NCBI GenBank assembly: GCA_964472415.1
Contig: CAYYLC010000003.1
Span: 96,075 to 160,074 of the forward strand
Source: an uncultured Gammaproteobacteria bacterium
GTDB taxonomy: Bacteria; Patescibacteriota; Microgenomatia; Levybacterales; GWA1-39-11
DNA: 64,000 bases
Direction of reading: 5' to 3'
Below are positions 60,683 to 64,000 of the stretch, in pieces; position 1 is the stretch's first letter, and the number at the start of each line of letters is the position of its first letter. The notes beneath the pieces were generated by a model. The model worked only from the letters and a program-made list of their open reading frames with translations, did not search any database and was not told the DNA's origin. Position numbers and translations under genes: made by a program.

Positions 60683-62317
60683 CTACTTGCTTTCAAACCA
60701 CCGGAAGCCGTATCCGGAAAGCGTTAAATTTCCATTTTTTCTTATCTTCGAATACTTTTTATTACTAAAGAATTCTTTCATTTCTAGCTTTTCGATCTCT
60801 GGAATAGTAACTTTGGCCTCATTTTTCGAAAAATTTGTAATCATAATAGTTGTATGTCCTTCCCATACGTATGAAATAATAAATATGCTTTCATGATGAC
60901 TATTGATAAGCGCTGATTCTCCATACCCTATTTCTTTGTGTTTTTTGACTGTTTTTATGAGTTGCTTGATATGGTTTAAAAGGGAGGAGTCATTTTTTAA
61001 TTGTTTTTCTACATTAACTTTCTGATACCTATAATCACCTTCAGAAATAATTCCTCTTATGAGAGTGCTTGGGTGAGAATCAGAGAAGTTCGCATTTATA
61101 CTATCATTCCATTGCATAGGCGTTCTTACTGAAACTCTTTCTGGAAGTCGCAAGTCGTCACCCATTCCTATTTCGTCTCCGTACAGTATCATTTGTGCCC
61201 CAGGAAGAGAAAATAATAAGCTATATGCCATTTTAAGCCTATTTAAATTTCCCTCAAACATAGGTGCAAGTCTTCGTCTGATTCCGCGATTGTATACAAT
61301 CATTCCATCTGTCGGGGCAAAAGTCCCGAAAACCCTTTTCTGCTCCCTTTTCGATAGTTGCTCAATGTTTAACTCATCGTGATTTCTCAAAAAATCTACC
61401 CACTGTGCACCTGATGGAGGAGTTGGTAATTTTTTCATGAAATCATACAATGGTTTCGTTTTTTTGTCTGCAAATGAAAGGAATATATAGCGATTCAATA
61501 GGAAGTTATACATAAGATCCATTCGTTTCCCATTCCCGAAAAACAAGGGAACTTTATCACTTGTTACGTCAGCTTCTCCGAGCAGAATTGCATCAGGATT
61601 TTTTTCCTTAATATGCTTGTTCCACCGATCCATCACCAAATCTGCATCAGGCACTTCTGTTCCCGGAAGTCCTTTCCTCTCAAACATAAACGTTGCAGCA
61701 TCTATGCGGAATCCCGCAATGCCAAATTCCATCCAGAAATCCATAATTTTCTCAATTTCATGTTGTACCTTGGGATTTGCGATATTAAGATCTGGTTGGA
61801 AGTGATAAAAACTATGATGATAGAATAGTTTTGATTCTCCATTAAACTGCCAAACGCCTGCCTCTATGCTCGGAAATGCACTCTCCATTTGGATGCCATC
61901 AGGAATTTTATCTGTCCAGACATAGTAGTTGCGGTATTTAGAGTTTGGATTTTTACTTGCCTCTTCAAACCATGGATGTTGATCCGATGTGTGATGAACA
62001 ACTAAATCAATAATTACTTTTATCCCAAATCTTTCAGCCTCTTTTACAAATGTTTTAAACTCTCCGAGTGTTCCGAGCCTTGGGTCAATATTGTAATAAT
62101 CAGTTACGTCGTATCCATTATCTCGGCCACCCGAGGGATGAAATGGAAGCAGCCAGATACAGTCAATTCCGAGATTTTTTAAGTAGGGAAGTTTCATGGT
62201 GAGCCCTACGAAGTCTCCTATTCCATCACTATTTCCATCCTTAAATACTTCTACGATTACTGCGTAGAACACAGCGTTTTGGTACCATTGGTGCTCTAGA
62301 GAGTTATTATCCGACAT
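60683..62317 (-). CDS. Second TreS-like GH13 enzyme
   Basis: [41 protein letters not shown]. Confidence 0.85.
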   Translation of the reverse strand: MSDNNSLEHQWYQNAVFYAVIVEVFKDGNSDGIGDFVGLTMKLPYLKNLGIDCIWLLPFHPSGGRDNGYDVTDYYNIDPRLGTLGEFKTFVKEAERFGIKVIIDLVVHHTSDQHPWFEEASKNPNSKYRNYYVWTDKIPDGIQMESAFPSIEAGVWQFNGESKLFYHHSFYHFQPDLNIANPKVQHEIEKIMDFWMEFGIAGFRIDAATFMFERKGLPGTEVPDADLVMDRWNKHIKEKNPDAILLGEADVTSDKVPLFFGNGKRMDLMYNFLLNRYIFLSFADKKTKPLYDFMKKLPTPPSGAQWVDFLRNHDELNIEQLSKREQKRVFGTFAPTDGMIVYNRGIRRRLAPMFEGNLNRLKMAYSLLFSLPGAQMILYGDEIGMGDDLRLPERVSVRTPMQWNDSINANFSDSHPSTLIRGIISEGDYRYQKVNVEKQLKNDSSLLNHIKQLIKTVKKHKEIGYGESALINSHHESIFIISYVWEGHTTIMITNFSKNEAKVTIPEIEKLEMKEFFSNKKYSKIRKNGNLTLSGYGFRWFESK

Positions 62318-62444
62318 ACGTTATTGTTGATAGAAGTGTGTTTTTCCCATCGTGCCAATGTAATTTACATTGTATCACAATAAAATCATGGGAGAGCGAT
62401 TTCATGAATGCGTGGTAATTATTATTGATTGAAAAAGGGTTCGG

Positions 62445-63365
62445 TCAAATCTTTTTTGGGAAAATAACCGATAGCAACATGGAAATACCGAGTGCAAGCA
62501 TAATAATTGCAAATGAAATTATGGATGAGATGTGGATACCAAAAATATCTATCAACATTTTTCCACCGATAAATATGAGAATGAATGCGAGACCTTTTTG
62601 AAGGTGGTGGAATTTGAGTAACACGTTTTCTAAGAGAAAGAAAAGTGCACGAAGTCCGAGAACAGCGAAGATGTTTGATGTAAATATAATGAATGGATCT
62701 TGGGAGATTGCAAATGCTGCCGGAATAGAATCAATCGCAAAAATAATATCTGTTGTTTCAACGAGTAGGACGATAAGAAAAAGAATGGTGAAATATTTTT
62801 TTCCGTTTTCTTTCAATATAAATTTCCCAGCATGATGTGTTGTGGTAAAAGGAAGATATTTTTTTGCAAGACGTACTACTTTATTTTTCTCAAAATCTAT
62901 ATGCTCCTCCTTTTTATCTTTAAAGAGTTTTAGTCCAGTATAGATAAGAAGTGCTCCAAAGATATATAAGACCCAGTGGAATTGGCTAATAATGAGTGCG
63001 CCAACTCCGATAAATATCGCACGAAATACAATGGCACCCATGATTCCCCAGAACAATACTTTGTGGTGATATTTTTCCTCAATTTTGAAAAAATTGAAAA
63101 TGAGCGCAATTACAAAGAGGTTGTCGACGGATAACATCTTCTCTGTGACATAGGCACTCATAAAGTCTGCTGCCATGCTTTGTCCCATAAAGAGAAAGAT
63201 AAGGAATGCAAAAGCAAATGCGACAGCGATCCAGAAGAGTGATTGTATGAGAGCAGATTTTGGAGGAATCTTATGTGCGCGTCGATTAAAGTATCCGAGA
63301 TCAGCAATCAAAAATCCAATGATAACGACCCCGAATAAAATTAACAGATTGTTTTGAGCGTCCAT
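62445..63365 (-). CDS. TerC/Alx family membrane protein (start re-called to ATG 63365)
   Basis: EKMLSVDNLFV, HKVLFWG, DIIFAIDSIPA, SNIFAVLGLRAL. Confidence 0.92.
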   Translation of the reverse strand: MDAQNNLLILFGVVIIGFLIADLGYFNRRAHKIPPKSALIQSLFWIAVAFAFAFLIFLFMGQSMAADFMSAYVTEKMLSVDNLFVIALIFNFFKIEEKYHHKVLFWGIMGAIVFRAIFIGVGALIISQFHWVLYIFGALLIYTGLKLFKDKKEEHIDFEKNKVVRLAKKYLPFTTTHHAGKFILKENGKKYFTILFLIVLLVETTDIIFAIDSIPAAFAISQDPFIIFTSNIFAVLGLRALFFLLENVLLKFHHLQKGLAFILIFIGGKMLIDIFGIHISSIISFAIIMLALGISMLLSVIFPKKI

Positions 63366-63447
63366 TGGGATATTATACAAACTTTGTGATAAAAATCACA
63401 TGTTCTTGAAGTAAGTTTCTCATGGGAAGAGATGTTATACTGGTTTT

Positions 63448-63618
63448 ATGAAGAGGAAAGGCTCACAGAAGAAAAATCAAAAAGAGTTTTCTATAGGCTT
63501 TGGTATTGTAGTAGGGATTATATTTGCCATGATGATGAATAATATCGCGATGGGTGTTGTCGTGGGGATTGTTTTTGCAGTAGTACTTAATGCCCTGAAA
63601 TCTCCTCGGAGAAAATAA
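63448..63618 (+). CDS. Small 2-TM membrane protein (56 aa)
   Basis: Manual translation MKRKGSQKKNQKEFSIGFGIVVGIIFAMMMNNIAMGVVVGIVFAVVLNALKSPRRK; TGnTATACT box 7 nt upstream. Confidence 0.6.
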   Translation: MKRKGSQKKNQKEFSIGFGIVVGIIFAMMMNNIAMGVVVGIVFAVVLNALKSPRRK

Positions 63619-63680
63619 TTATTTCTTAGTGTTTTTCTAATTCCTTCAAATAACCCTTTTTGTTTGCTAGAATGGTTTTT

Positions 63681-64000
63681 ATGCCTCCAATTTTTGATAG
63701 CATAATAATGCTTTTAATAATCTTAATCGTTGCAAGGTTTATAAAGAGACGATCTATTATCCTTCAGAGGTTATTTATTCCAAGCTCTTTAGTGGCTGGG
63801 GCTATTGGGCTTATTTTAGGTCCGCAGATACTCGCAACTCTTCCGGTGGAGATCACTGACTATTGGGCGATTTTTCCGAAAAATCTTATTAATATAGTAT
63901 TTGCCGGATTATTTCTCGGGAAACATATTCCAAGTATTAGAGAGATTTGGCGTATGGCGGGACCGATGGTGGCATTTGGAAATACCCTTGCATGGGGACA
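63681..64000 (+). CDS. Sodium:glutamate symporter (GltS family), N-terminal part (runs off window end)
   Basis: LQRLFIPSSLVAGAIGLILGPQ...P..LINIVFAGLFLG. Confidence 0.82.
   Translation, partial: MPPIFDSIIMLLIILIVARFIKRRSIILQRLFIPSSLVAGAIGLILGPQILATLPVEITDYWAIFPKNLINIVFAGLFLGKHIPSIREIWRMAGPMVAFGNTLAWG

Overview
The window looks like a Patescibacteria (CPR) chromosome, probably Microgenomates. This is inferred from the short ThrS/PheT/trigger factor, a type IV pilus cluster without PilQ, DUF5660/DUF5665-like genes, leaderless genes and tRNAs without encoded CCA. Positions 1-42.6 kb are mostly housekeeping: gyrA-ppa-gyrB, a full type IV pilus locus, trmD-khpA-rpsP-rnc-nusB-rpmF-recG-tyrS, PBP1A, pheTS-rplT-rpmI-infC-thrS, tig, two glucosaminidase-like genes, seven tRNAs and treS. 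From tRNA-Gln (42656-42726) to about 56.1 kb there is an integrated island. It carries a large serine recombinase whose ORF runs antisense into the tRNA, HTH genes, a five-gene defence-like block (NucS/DUF5655, EcoRI-family MTase, DUF262-HNH, OLD-type ATPase, PD-(D/E)XK nuclease) and unrelated membrane and surface genes. The most striking unexplained signal is a same-orientation intergenic motif, consensus TTTTAATCAGNAATGATGGAATT. It is seen six times, at the junctions between cargo blocks, and a 42-bp direct repeat also flanks one cargo gene, suggesting a recombinase-associated cassette array. Outside the island there is a candidate leader-peptide attenuator upstream of two unannotated paralogues, several structured intergenic RNAs, a small C2H2 zinc-finger protein and a sugar cluster (hexokinase-family kinase, GH13 glucosidase, second TreS). 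All calls come from reading the sequence by eye; no searches were run.
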